A DNA stretch of 62,485 nucleotides, counting the filler, from Vermamoeba vermiformis (taxonomy: Eukaryota), in assembly GCA_045837725.1 (NCBI GenBank). It is 8 parts of 8 records of this genome, joined end to end, with 100 filler letters (N's around TTAATTAATTAA, not from the genome) between each part and the next. Parts side by side here need not be neighbours in the genome. Positions count along the whole stretch, not along the records: positions 9,032 to 28,218 come from JBEWZL010000252.1; positions 28,319 to 37,159 come from JBEWZL010000254.1; 6 more parts are not named here. One strand, written 5' to 3'. Under the pieces are notes generated by a model. That model saw only the letters and a list, made by a program, of their open reading frames with translations. It was not told the origin of the DNA and did not search any database. The position numbers were made by a program, and so were the translations under genes. Every line of letters starts with the position of its first letter. Position 1 is the first letter of the stretch. This document shows, one piece after another, positions 22,564 to 34,483 of this stretch.

Positions 22564-24263
22564 AAATCGACCACAAAGGTCGAAATACTTGGGTTATTAC
22601 TTATCGATAATAAACAGCTGACAGTGACGCGCCACGGTCGTAATGGCCGTTCAGCGCGAGTTATTTGGATTAAAATTAGATGCGAACATAAATTATAAGC
22701 TCACATCAGATCGACCACAAGGGTCGATTTATTGTTATTAACAATGTTAACGTTAATGATCAACACGCGCCAAACGACATTCAGCGTCGTTGCAGCGCGA
22801 GACTCAGAGCGCAATCTGAAGTCGTGCGAATCTCGGAGCAGTGACCGAGATTATTGAAGGTAATACTTTTTATAATATTTTCACCTATTATAATATTGTG
22901 ATATTGTAAATTCAATTTTTAAATATTCGGTTAAACTTTAATTAAATTATCAGATCGATCTTGTGCTTGTAATTTTTTGTTGAACGTTTTATTTATTATA
23001 GTACAGTATAATATAATTCATACGTGCTTGCGCGTGGTCAGTGTAAGCAGTGCTCTCAGACCCCAACTTGGTGGCACGATCAACTGCACAAGTCCGTAAA
23101 TACTTTATTAACGGTCAGTACTAACAAACCTCTTATCAGGATGTGTCAATGGTGTCCCTTGTTTTCGAAACGAACGGCCACGAATCCGGCGACCAACCAA
23201 AGATCCGCAACTATTTGCGAGTAGAAAATTAGCAGCCATCAATTGGTAAGTTAATGTATGCTTATTATTATATTACTGCTTACTAATATAATTAGAATTG
23301 TTACCTCCTCGCTTTTACCGCTGATCCGGCAGCCTCCTCGTTGATCAAGTTTATGCAATGTTGCGTGCATGGCTCACGCTAAACGTAAGTCACTTAGTTA
23401 TGTATATGTTGTTATGAAGTTATAACATTGTTTATTTGTTAGTACAAGGGTCTGAGGAAAAGATTAGTGAATTTGGTAACGCGCGATCTGGCGCGTTATA
23501 ATTTCTGTTAATGCAGTGATTAGCAGTCTAAGTACGTATAAAAACGGTCAAAACACTACCTTTAACATGATTGTAGGTTATTATGGGTCGCAGCGACCCT
23601 TGAAGTGCTTGAGTGAGATCGAGATCCGGCCTGACTCGATCCGTCAAAGTTTTAATACAGGGCATCAATCGCTCTAGAAGTAAGTGTCCCTTGTTAATAA
23701 TTATTCAAGCAATGCATTAACAATAATTATTATGTAGAAAAATGATGTGGAACTGGGGTCTGTAGATCACCCGTCGTACCATCCCGATCAGAAAGAAGTT
23801 GTTGGTGCGCATCGATCGCGCTGCAGGTAAGTGCAAACGGTTTAATCACATATTTTCAATGTTATAATAGTGTTTAGGCAGCAAATTGCTAGTAGGAAAG
23901 TTAACTGGTTCCTGCCGGCGTAATCTGACGGCGTAATTTTCAACTAAACATGGAACAAACGACACGTAAGTAACATAAAACGGTTTGAGAGGTCAAGTAC
24001 TAACATGTTATTATAACAGATTGGCTGAAATCGCCAATAGTACGAATACATGCAATCCGCAACTTGAGCGGATTCGAATCCGATAAAATACGCTAGCGGA
24101 GATTATGTAAGTTAATTTATTGGTTCATAATAATAAATATATATTTATTAACATGTTTACATAACCAGACTCGATGCCCATTCAATTTGCTCACGCATCG
24201 GGATTCATAGCTATTTTTAGAACGCATTAGGATCCCAGTAATTTAAATTGTAAAAGCAATAAA
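22564..24263 (+). ncRNA. Putative spliced long non-coding unit 1
   Basis: Introns 23096-23139, 23246-23295, 23385-23442, 23532-23576, 23680-23737, 23827-23877, 23966-24019 and 24107-24168; internal exons of 106, 89, 89, 103, 89, 88 and 87 nt. Exon 23443-23531 has stops in all three frames; AATAAA at 24258. Confidence 0.7.
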
Positions 24264-24360
24264 GCTACTACTTGTACATTATAAAATTGATCAAAGTGCT
24301 CCTCGGACCTAACCACAAAGATCTGACAAAGGTCTGGTGTTAATTTTTTTAAACTTTGAC

Positions 24361-26359
24361 AGATCGACCATAAAGGTCGAAATACAATTGAACATTTGTT
24401 AATTAACAACAGCTGACAGTAGCGCGCCACGGTCGCAACGGCCGTTCAGCGCGAGTAATTTGGAAGTGCATGGCAGAGCTGTATGCGAATCCGTAGTTAA
24501 ACCGACCACAAGGGTCGAATTATTGCTAGTATTTATATTATTATTTATATTCAACACGCGTACAACGATAATCAGCGTCGTTGCAGTGCGGTGTAAAGAT
24601 CGCGAACAAAACGCGATCAAATCTCGGTGCAGTGACCGAGATAATTTAAGGTAATATTGTTAAATATCTTACCACCATTTATACTATTACAGCATCGTAA
24701 ATTCAATTTTTAAAATTAACTCGAAATTCAGATCCGGAACGAGCTTAGTGCTCGGATTTATCCGGATTTTTAATGTATAATTATTAAAATATACTAAGTG
24801 AAATATAATAACGCGTAATTTTTTATTTAGATTAGATTAAATTTACGAAGTTCGATGCGAGATCCCGACCAGAAATGGTCAGAACGTGATAGTTACATTT
24901 GTTTCGTTCGTGCCACGCCTTCATCACCCTCACAGCCACTCACGGACAAACTCCAACTTATGGCGCGTTAACCTACTAGTAAGTGATACTACATTACGTT
25001 TAACCTGATCGAGCTTTGTGCTCGTTTTTAAATCAAATTAATCCTTATTATCTGTAATAATAATGCCATTAATATAGAGAGATTATTCTAGCGAGTAATT
25101 CCGATCGTGAAGTAGAGCGATGAGATTACAAGTTATCTAAAACGGATCCAGATCCTTGACTTTGCGCGTCAACAATTTCCGTTTAACGAATAAGACATCG
25201 ATGGCAAGTTTATTTTAACAATTATAAAGACAAGTACTAACGTGTTGTATTAATAGGAGTGCTCCCATGTGCGTTCGAGCCCGATGAAGTTGATCGAGAA
25301 GTGCGGGCTCGATCCAATAAATTTTACTTCGCACGGCCGCGAACGCTAAAGAGTAAGTAAATTACATTATAAAACGTATTTAAAAATTATTTTAATACCT
25401 TTTTATTGTTTAGTTGGCCGATTACGCGTTAATATTGGACTTTGCACAATAATGGATCGGATTAGTAAACTGAATATCAGCGCGGTGGTCAATAGGTAAT
25501 TTACGCTTAGTATTTTATCTAATAATTATTAACTCTTTGATATTGCTAGAGTTGACGCGTGATTGCTTCATCGCAGATCCCTGTGGCCCTCGTTGATCCC
25601 TGAGTCAGACATTGCAAGAAAGTAAGCGTAAACCGCAAATAATAATATTAATGTATTAATATCATTTTTATTGAAGGTAGACAGCACAAGACTGACTTCG
25701 CGGATACGGTGCTGGGGTTGCGCAACCAACTTGAGATTCGCGATCTAACTACCAGCGTAATGATAAATAGGTAAGTTTATTTACACTTGAATATTAAAAT
25801 TAAGCAATTACTAACTACTTGTAGTAGTATAGTTAGAGTAAGGCGTAATTGCTTTCATCACCGATCCGCGACGGCCACGCACTGATCCCACGAACTGACT
25901 TAATAAAGCGCAACAACTGCGCTAAATGTAAGTAGTAAGCATTTAATATGTTAATTATAACGTACTTATAGCACTTTTATTATAGGATGATCGCACGAGA
26001 AAAACTTAACGGATCCAGGACACGCGATCTAACAGCGCTCAAATCTGGTAGTAATACGAAGATGAAGGGATGTAAGTAATACAAAGCGATATTAGTATAC
26101 ACATACTAACTTTATTTACAATTAGGTAGCGTGAAATAAGCACTTTAATAGAGAAATGCGATCCGCAACTTAAGCGGATTCGCGAGAAGAAAAATCGTTG
26201 GCAGTGATTTGGTAAGTTAATTTATTATGAAACTTCACTTGTAACATATATATTAATGAATGCACTTGGTCAGTGTTTCGATTCATTGAGATTTATCGCT
26301 GATCCGCGATCGGCAACTCTACTGCCACGCACTTACACTCGTACTGTATATTAATACAG
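24361..26359 (+). ncRNA. Putative spliced long non-coding unit 2 (paralog of unit 1)
   Basis: Head 24361-24655 is homologous to 22564-22865. Donors at 24979, 25204 (GC), 25353, 25496, 25622, 25771, 25928, 26072 and 26212; exons about 72-103 nt. Exon 26126-26211 has stops in all three frames. Confidence 0.68.
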
Positions 26360-27150
26360 ATATCTTGACGACGAGATCGCTTTGCACACAAATGTAGTGA
26401 TCAAGCGCGTGCTCAATGTGATACTGAAGAACACGCAGCACGGCATTCACACTGGAGGAGCCTTGCGCGCAGTTACTGGTACGTATCGCGTGTCACATTG
26501 CTGCACTCGTTCTGACAGGTATCATTCACAGCCCGGCTGGACGTCAGAGATGAGAAGCAGTACTTGCAACAGCTGCTCGCACCGATTGATGCAGCTGACC
26601 GTGGATGACCTGTTAGGCCAAGGACGAGGACTTTGGGTACGTGTTCGAACGCTTTGCTGCAGTGCTCAAAGATGTGCACGAGTTCAAAGCTCTCACACAC
26701 ATGCCGGATCAGATCAAGCTGCAGCTGTATTGCCAGTGCCTTAATTCACACTGCTTGACAAGCAAATGTGTGATTGACGTGCCAAATGCAGTCGTGCAAG
26801 GCCGTGAGCGACGGCCTTGGTGCTGAAGCGAGTGCAGGCCAGTCCATGCATCCGAGGTCTGTCTGATAGGTGACAGATGCTTCATGCGCGAGCACCGTGT
26901 GGGCCCTGCACCCTCGCACACTATCTGCGCTGAGATGATAGGCTTGCTCAATGAACACAACGTCCTCATGCAGATCTTTGACATCAATTCGCACATGGAG
27001 ATGATGTGGCGCAGTGTGCCATCATGAAGTTCTTGGTGCGACGTTGTGCACTGAATGGCACAATGATCAATCGACTCTGGAGCTGTGTCGCGGTACGTAG
27101 CACTGGTGCGAGGGCTCCACGCTGATCCCCAAGTCTTAATTGATGCCTGA
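26360..27150. pseudogene. GC-richer, coding-like decayed fragment(s) of unidentified gene(s)
   Basis: Abrupt composition shift after the CAG at 26359; broken frames such as LDDEIALHTNVVIKRVLNVILKN and KDEDFGYVFERFAAVLKD. Family not recognised. Confidence 0.4.
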
Positions 27151-27560
27151 AAGTACAGGGATTTGTTAGTGTAGAAATGTTCTTTTAATGGAATTTAATG
27201 ATTTATAATAAAAATAGTGTTATTAGTTCCTTCTTTTACATTCTGTGGTTCTGGACTTCAACTGCTGTTATTTATTTGTGTATGCTCAAAATAAAGTCAG
27301 TCCCCTCCTTGTGAATTAGTCTGATTTGTTAAAATACTGCTAATTAAAATGCTGTTATTCAACAAAGAACTAATTTTAGTTATCCAAGTTTTTATTGACT
27401 GCGTAAAACAATCTCTTCACCAGTTCTGTATATTAGTTTCTACATGTCAGAAATAGATCATACTTAAACTGTAGTATGTTCATATGAATTGGTATTGATC
27501 CACGCCATATCCACAAAGATCGCATTTTATAGGATTTGGGGCTGGGGCTAGGATTTTTTC

Positions 27561-27744
27561 CCCGTACAGCACACTGTACACCCACTCGCACCCCCGTACA
27601 GCATGCTGTACACCCCTTGATGCCCCTGTACGGCACGCTGAACGCCCCTTCACACCCCCATACGGCACGCTGTACGCCCCCTCGCACCCCCGTACGGCAT
27701 GCTGTACACCCATCGCACCCCTGTACAGCATGCTGTACACCCCC
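27561..27744 (+). repeat. Subtelomeric tandem repeat, 6 units of about 31-32 bp with palindromic core GTACAGCATGCTGTAC
   Basis: Direct reading; perfect 16-bp palindrome in units 2 and 6, variants elsewhere. Confidence 0.9.
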
Positions 27745-28040
27745 TTGCAAACCCAATAAAGGAGCTGTTTGTAAAAACTAAACTTTATTTTACAATTGAC
27801 TGTCCAGGACCTTGGCATACAAAGTGTGAGCTCCAGCCAAGAAGGTGCACAGGTCCTGGACAGTGCAAGCCACCAACAAAGCATCCAAGTCTTGGATGGT
27901 GCAATCTACTCACCAAGCCATGCAGCACCAGCCAAGCGTCCAGGTTCTGGACGGTGTGAGCCACACTGAGCTGAGGCACAGCACCGAGGGAACCGTCCAA
28001 TAACTGGACGGTGGTACGCTGAAGGGACGGCACGGAGGGG

Positions 28041-28218
28041 TTAGGGTTAGGGCTTATGCTTCGCTTTTCAGGCCCCTGGATCTCTGACGAAATTTCACCG
28101 AAATTTCTTTTAGGGTTAGGGTTAGGGTTAGGGTTAGGGTTAGGGTTAGGGTTAGGGTTAGGGTTAGGGTTAGGGTTAGGGTTAGGGTTAGGGTTAGGGT
28201 TGAGGGTTAGGGTTAGGG
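28041..28218 (+). repeat. Telomeric (TTAGGG)n, probable chromosome end
   Basis: Two repeats at 28041-28052, a 57-bp non-telomeric insert, then 18 repeats (one TTGAGGG variant) at 28110-28218 running to the contig end. Confidence 0.95.
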
Positions 28219-28318
28219 NNNNNNNNNNNNNNNNNNNNNNNNNNNNNNNNNNNNNNNNNNNNTTAATTAATTAANNNNNNNNNNNNNNNNNNNNNNNNNN
28301 NNNNNNNNNNNNNNNNNN
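28219..28318. other. Artificial contig linker
   Basis: Same 100-bp spacer. Confidence 0.97.
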
Positions 28319-28566
28319 GACACGATCTGCAACTGTCAAAGACATCAAAAAACGCCAGGAGCCAAAATTAGCACCGCCCCGACCAGTAACATTAGTGATG
28401 TTCCTTCATCTCATGTCTCGGGTTCATGAATAGTTATACGGAAGCAAATGTTTTTGTGTTTTATCGAAATTTCGAAAATTAACTCCGAAGCTGTCAAACT
28501 TTTGACAGGACCTCTTTATTTATAGTCGTTACCGACAGATTTAATTAAAATTGAATCGATTACAAT

Positions 28567-31554
28567 ATGAGGCAGCTAGTCTTGGTTATTGCTCTATTTG
28601 TAGCCCTGGGTAAGTTGGGGCAAACAGCAGATCTGATGAAACATCCTTAGCATTCTGTTGCACGTAATGAAAAGTATTTAATTAGTGACAATTACTATGT
28701 AGGCTATTCCCAACCAACTATTAAGAGGGATTGGACGCAAGTTAACAATGGGACTGCAATTCCAGAGGGAAAGTTTTATGCCCCACCTCGAGGTGCTTCA
28801 TTTTCCGATGGTCGCTATATAATTGTATACACTATTGCAACAACCAACTCGGAATCGCTTGCTGTGGGTCAAATATTTAACGCGGACGGCTCAATAGCGA
28901 AAGCGGAATTCGAGCTGGATTCCAGTCAGCCAACCACATTTATATTTTCAGCTCCCAACGTTGTAGTTTTCAATGACGATACGTAAGATAATCACATGAT
29001 TTAGTTTCGCTCAATTAAATAATTATTTATCGAATTTCAGATTTTTGGTAGTTTTCCGGCAGGACTCTCAGCCAACGATTTGGGCAAGAAGATTTAATGC
29101 CGATGGTACTCCTGCTGCTGCATCATTTCTTGCATCCGACGATCAGAATTACCCCATGTTGAATTTGCTCGAGGTATCGACATCTTTGACCTTTAAATTC
29201 AAACTTCGTATTTTATTACCTTTAACATGACTCGCATGTACTTATCATGACCAGGATGGAGTAGAATTAGTGGGTTTTGCGGACAAAAGCTTTGCCATTC
29301 TTTATTTCAGCTCCGTTTCTTCCTGCGCAGCTTACGTGGCTCATGACTCTACTGATTCTAATATGTGGTCGTTTTGTGCATATGTAACTGAGGTAATCAT
29401 AAGCTTATCGCTGTTTATTCTGTTGCACGACCTGAAATTCCTTTTTTAGATGTCGGTTGCTGGTGCCATTGTTGGAGATCTTGCTCGGACGACTTCTTAT
29501 ATGGCCATAGAATCAATTAGTGTTGATATCAATCTCGTGCAAGCAACTCCAAGCTTCAGTAGCTTCAAAACAATTGCTTTAACGCCCGATAATGTTCAGC
29601 ATCCAGCGGAACCAGCAATCGCTCTGACTGGTAATATTCTTACCACGCTTTACAGTCTTGGAGATTCTATATCATGTGAGTATATTTAGCTGGAGTTAAG
29701 TTTATTTCTAGAACTCAAACTTACGGATTCGGATTCGATCAGTTGCCTCGACTACCTTGGACTTGGGACTTATCCAAGAGGGCGTTCTTTTCTCTGCAGT
29801 TAGCGGATCTAATTATTCAGCACCTGCTATTGTTGGTTTGAATGACGTGAGCACATTTATCGCCTACCGTTATGCCAACATCAGCGACAACTCCTTTCAC
29901 TTGGCTTGTACGTAAAACATGAAATTTCATTTCAAGGATTAAAATTTAATCATCTTTGCAGATCACACTGGTACTTATAGCTTCAATGGCGAACTTACTT
30001 CATTTTCTGCAAGCCCGATCCAGTACTCCAGTACGACTTTCGATTATTCCACATTAACTCTTATTAATCTGTCGTATAATTAGTTGCCAGCGATTTGCAT
30101 TATTTGCGGTTCTTTCCAATGCTTGGCGGTGATCTTCTTGTTGTCGCCAAAAATCCTCTGAGAGGTGACATTTGGCAACAAGTTTTGACGTTCTGTGGCA
30201 ACGGTCAACTCGAACTCAACGAGGAATGTGACGGAGGCGCCAACTGTGGTGCTAATTGCCGCTGTTTGTATGGTTTGACTGCATATCAAGGTACCTGCGG
30301 CTTACCGAATGTCGTACCTGTGCTCGATTGTGTTGAAACATCGAACAACGGTTACAATCTCCACTTCAGCTTTATCAATGAAGATACTGTTGCTCAGACC
30401 TTGCAACGTGGCAATGCAAATTTGTTCACGCCTAGCAATCTCGCTGTAAGTCTTTTGTCGGAAATTTCACCGAACCTTTCACACGTATTAGAAGACTTTG
30501 CTAACGTATGGTACTAACAATTTTTTATGAAAAGACCGACCGACCTCAACAGTTCGCCGTTGGTTCAACTTTGACTTATCCTCTCTCGCCCTATGTCACG
30601 ACAATCCCTACAACTGTAACTCAAATCAACTGGGTCCTGGGCTCGTACAACTTGACAGTTGATTTGACGAACATTACTGCGGTCTTGTGCCCGACATGTA
30701 CGTCAAAGTTGCGGACACACATATGATATCTTTATTGACACAATTTCATAACGTAAGCTCTTGGCTTCGTTGCGGATGTGATAACACCAAGTTACCTTGA
30801 TAACGGAAACATCTTCGGGGACAACTTTGCGCGAAGGTAAGCAAAGTCCGGTCTTAAACAACAAGTGTCTAATGATTGACTCTTTATGCAGGTACAACAT
30901 TTCTGTCGATCGATTGACGACTGAAGCGATTCAAACTGCCGGCCCTCTTCCCGTAAAACGGGCCACCAATTACAACAGATATGACGTTATAGTGACCATT
31001 GCACCTGCTAGTACGTACAAGAACCAGAGCCGTTTCATTTTGTCCACTGTATTAATAGCTTTTTAGATGAAACCGAAGCTTCAGAACCAACTCCGGCCGA
31101 AGCCGTTCAGTAAGATAATTTGATTATTTTGACACGCGTCATATGCAAAGATCCGATTTGAAGCATTATGATCGTTTACAGATCCAAGCGTGAAAAAATT
31201 CTAAAGTGACACGTGTCAACATGTAAATTTTTGCAGACTTTGTTCTGACGTTGATTTTCCTACAGATCAGCAGTCGGAGATTACAAGCGCAACAGCACGG
31301 AGGTTGACGAGGACTTGTTGCAAGGCTACGATCCCAACACGAACATCAAAAACATCACGCCGACACCAACAGGAGTTGAAGTGCGCGGCAATCGATATGA
31401 CTCGTCACCCAGCCCTCCTGCCAGCCCAGTCGCAAGTCCTACTGCACCGCCTGTGTCGAACACCCCAATAGCGGTCTCAGGCGCAAACACGATCGGACCG
31501 CAAAGCTTGATTATCTTTGCAGCGACGATTTTGTACTCTTTCATCGCGAACTAG
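28567..31554 (+). CDS. Secreted/GPI-like surface protein with Myxococcus-type Cys-rich repeat (multi-exon)
   Basis: Signal peptide MRQLVLVIALFVAL; IWARRFNADGT; CGNGQLELNEECDGGANC; S/P/T stalk; hydrophobic C-terminus. Confidence 0.75.
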
Positions 31555-31619
31555 TTCTTAATTGTATTTTTAAAACGAAGAAATCTACGTAGCTAACATT
31601 TTACTTGAATAAAGTTAAT

Positions 31620-34483
31620 TTAAACAAGTAAAAAGCCGACGATCAGTAACAAGAATTTGACCAACAAATTTTGACTTAATGAAGCAGAAGATGTCAATGC
31701 AGAGCCAGGTCCTCGGGAAGTACCAGGTACGTTCGGATTGTTTGGATTACTACTTGAAGGCGAGCCAGGGTTAGTACTGGAGGGTCCATTTGACGGATTT
31801 GAGATTGGCGTGAAGGTGCCAGACGGAGTGCGCGGATTCGTGTTCGGATCTGATCGAGTACCGCGAACTTCGGTGCCACCAGGTACAGGTGTCACTTCTT
31901 TGATGACGGTGCCAGGAGCGCCGGTCACTAGATCAGATTCAATTTGTGCTCGTTTAGTAGCGTTCTTATAGTCACTGAAGAGCGATCTAAATCGAGCGGT
32001 CAAATTAGCGTTCAAGTGTCAAAGTGTCAAAGTGTCAAAAGTGTCACTATTTTTGACGTACCCAAGTACATCCTTCGTCGCAGGCTGACCCTGTGTAGTA
32101 GCACCTACAAATTCATTATTATCATTCTATAGTGCGGGTTAAATAACTTACTGGAGATGGTAATTCGGATTAAAAAGCGATAAGGAACGGTGTCAGTGAT
32201 AGTATATTCCGCGTAACTCAAACGACTGATATCAACGCCGTACCTATACAACATTTTATATTAGTATCAGGCCAAGGATTCTTCTCAATATGTGAATCTT
32301 ACTTGTTTGCGAAATTTTGCACGATTGTAGCTGCGTTTGAAGTACTTGTTTTGCTAGCCACATTAATCGCAAATGAAGTCGCTAGAATTAACACGTTAAC
32401 CGCTATTCCAGTAATATCTCTATACACTTACAGTTGGAGCACATTAGCGCTGGATCTGTGATATCAACGGTCAAATTGTACGAGCCTAACTGCCACGTAA
32501 TAGTTGAGATTGAGAAAGGCACGGCAGTACTATACGGAGATGCGGGGTAGATAAGCGATTGACCGCTAGGGTACAGAGTAGGACGATCGGTCTATATAGC
32601 AGTTATCAGTTAGTTACTTCAAGGTCCAGATCTGGATCGGGATCTGCTTACAGCCAAATTTTCTGGAGCAAAATAATTGACCAATCCATAGTCAATGTTA
32701 TGATCAACAGCATCTCGGTTGTTAAAGCTGAAATAAACGACGTATCCAGTCTGTCGGACTTCAACACAATCCAACGAAGGTTCGACATTGGGATACGTGC
32801 AGACGCCATTGAAGCCGTAGAAACCAGCCAAACATCTGCAGTTCGTGTCACAGTTGGCACTGCCATCACATTCCTCCTCCATATCAAGCACGCCGTTGCC
32901 GCAGAAAGTCAAAACTTGTCTCATAACAGCTAGGGTCGAAGTGTCTTTGCCGACCATCACGATGTCCGAAGATCTAGGAAGCGCGGTCATGTATAGGCCA
33001 ACGATATTGGATTGCGCTGATAATTTTTCCTTAGTAATTGGAAGTTGATAAAATTTCATCGTTGCTTACCTGTGACTTCATCGCCCAAAGGTGCGACAAT
33101 AATTTGTCCGCTGGACGGAGTGTAGCTCGCCAATTGATCTACTCTGCGTTAGTACATTAAGTATATATAGATAGGGCCTACATACATCCGATAGAATTCG
33201 TGTTAGTGTTGATATTTGTTAGTCTGTATGCGACGAGGGTACTAACTTCGCTGATCCGCACAGTTCGAGGACTTGAGTAAAAGATAGAAGTAGTGCTTTG
33301 TTTAAAAAGATTTTGTCTGACACTTCCAGGCGCCGGGAGAGGTGGAATTACGCTAAAGGCTATAAAATAATGCTTCAGTGAATGGCGGAAAACCTATGAT
33401 ATTACCATAGATCGAGTTGCCTGCAACGGAGAAAATTGACATGGAGTCTTGAGCATTGACAAGAATGGAAGGCTCCGATAAAGTCATAGGATCAACCGTA
33501 GAAAATGCAAATCTCTGACTGTAGCGATTTAAGGCATCGGATCCAACCCCACCAACGAGCAAACCTCCCGAATCCGTTTCATGAGAGAAAAACACGTTTG
33601 TTGAATAAGAATCGTATACTAAACTAGCCTTTGGGTCCTATACTCAATCATATTAATACTATTTTCCAAGTAAATTAAAAACATACGGAGAGGGTACCAG
33701 AGTCGTAACATTGAGAAAAGATCTGGTTGTTGTTAGCATCGAATTGCACCACTGCAGCACCAGTACAACTACTAGCGGCTGAATAGACCATTGCAAAGCC
33801 ATTTAATCGAGTTGCAACAACTTCAATTGAATTCTAAAGATAGCTGTCAGATCACGTGCCTTGATTCTGTGAGCGAATCTTTAATAGTAAATGGCTTACA
33901 CCAGAAGAGGGACTAATATTAGAGTCGTAAGCATTGAACGAGGCACCTGCGGCTGTTCCGTCAGAATTAAACCGTCTGGCTTTAATTTGATCCGGATCTG
34001 AGTTAACGTATCTCCAAACTGCTAAAAATCTATAAATTACGCAATGATTAGCACTTATTGAAAGCAACATATTAATGTACTTACGAATCATCTTCGAAAA
34101 TAACTACATTTGGAGCTTGATGTATATCACCCGAAGCAACATTATCAGCCAAAGCAAATTCAGCTTTATATACGGTTCCATCTCCATAATAAATCTTGCC
34201 GACCGCATTATAATAAGAACCAGCTGTTTGGACCGTATAAACAACAACATAACGACCATCCGAAAAAGTTGCAACTCTTGGCTCAGTTTTACCGCTAAGA
34301 TAAAAACTGCCGCTGAGTTCGTTGATTTGTTCCCAGCTTGTCTTAATTGCAGGCTGAGCCATTGCTATAAAATAACCAGGTTTAGTAAAGAAACAGATTC
34401 CCTAATCAGGAGATCTACTTACAACTAAGGCCAAGTTGCAACAGCGCAACTATCAGTAACAGTATAGTAGAGCGTATTAACAT
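31620..34483 (-). CDS. Paralog of the preceding surface protein, convergently oriented (multi-exon)
   Basis: Signal peptide MLIRSTILLLIVALL; IKARRFNSDGT; CGNGVLDMEEECDGSANC; EVRGTRSD versus EVRGNRYD in the paralog; hydrophobic tail. Confidence 0.75.

Noticed and set aside
22564-26359. snoRNA host gene, or protein gene in an alternative genetic code
   Set aside because: Most introns are 44-62 nt, AT-rich and lack C/D or H/ACA structure. All three stop codons interrupt the exons, while neighbouring genes use the standard code.
28056-28274. ORF with LGLGLG repeats
   Set aside because: Translation of telomeric TTAGGG.
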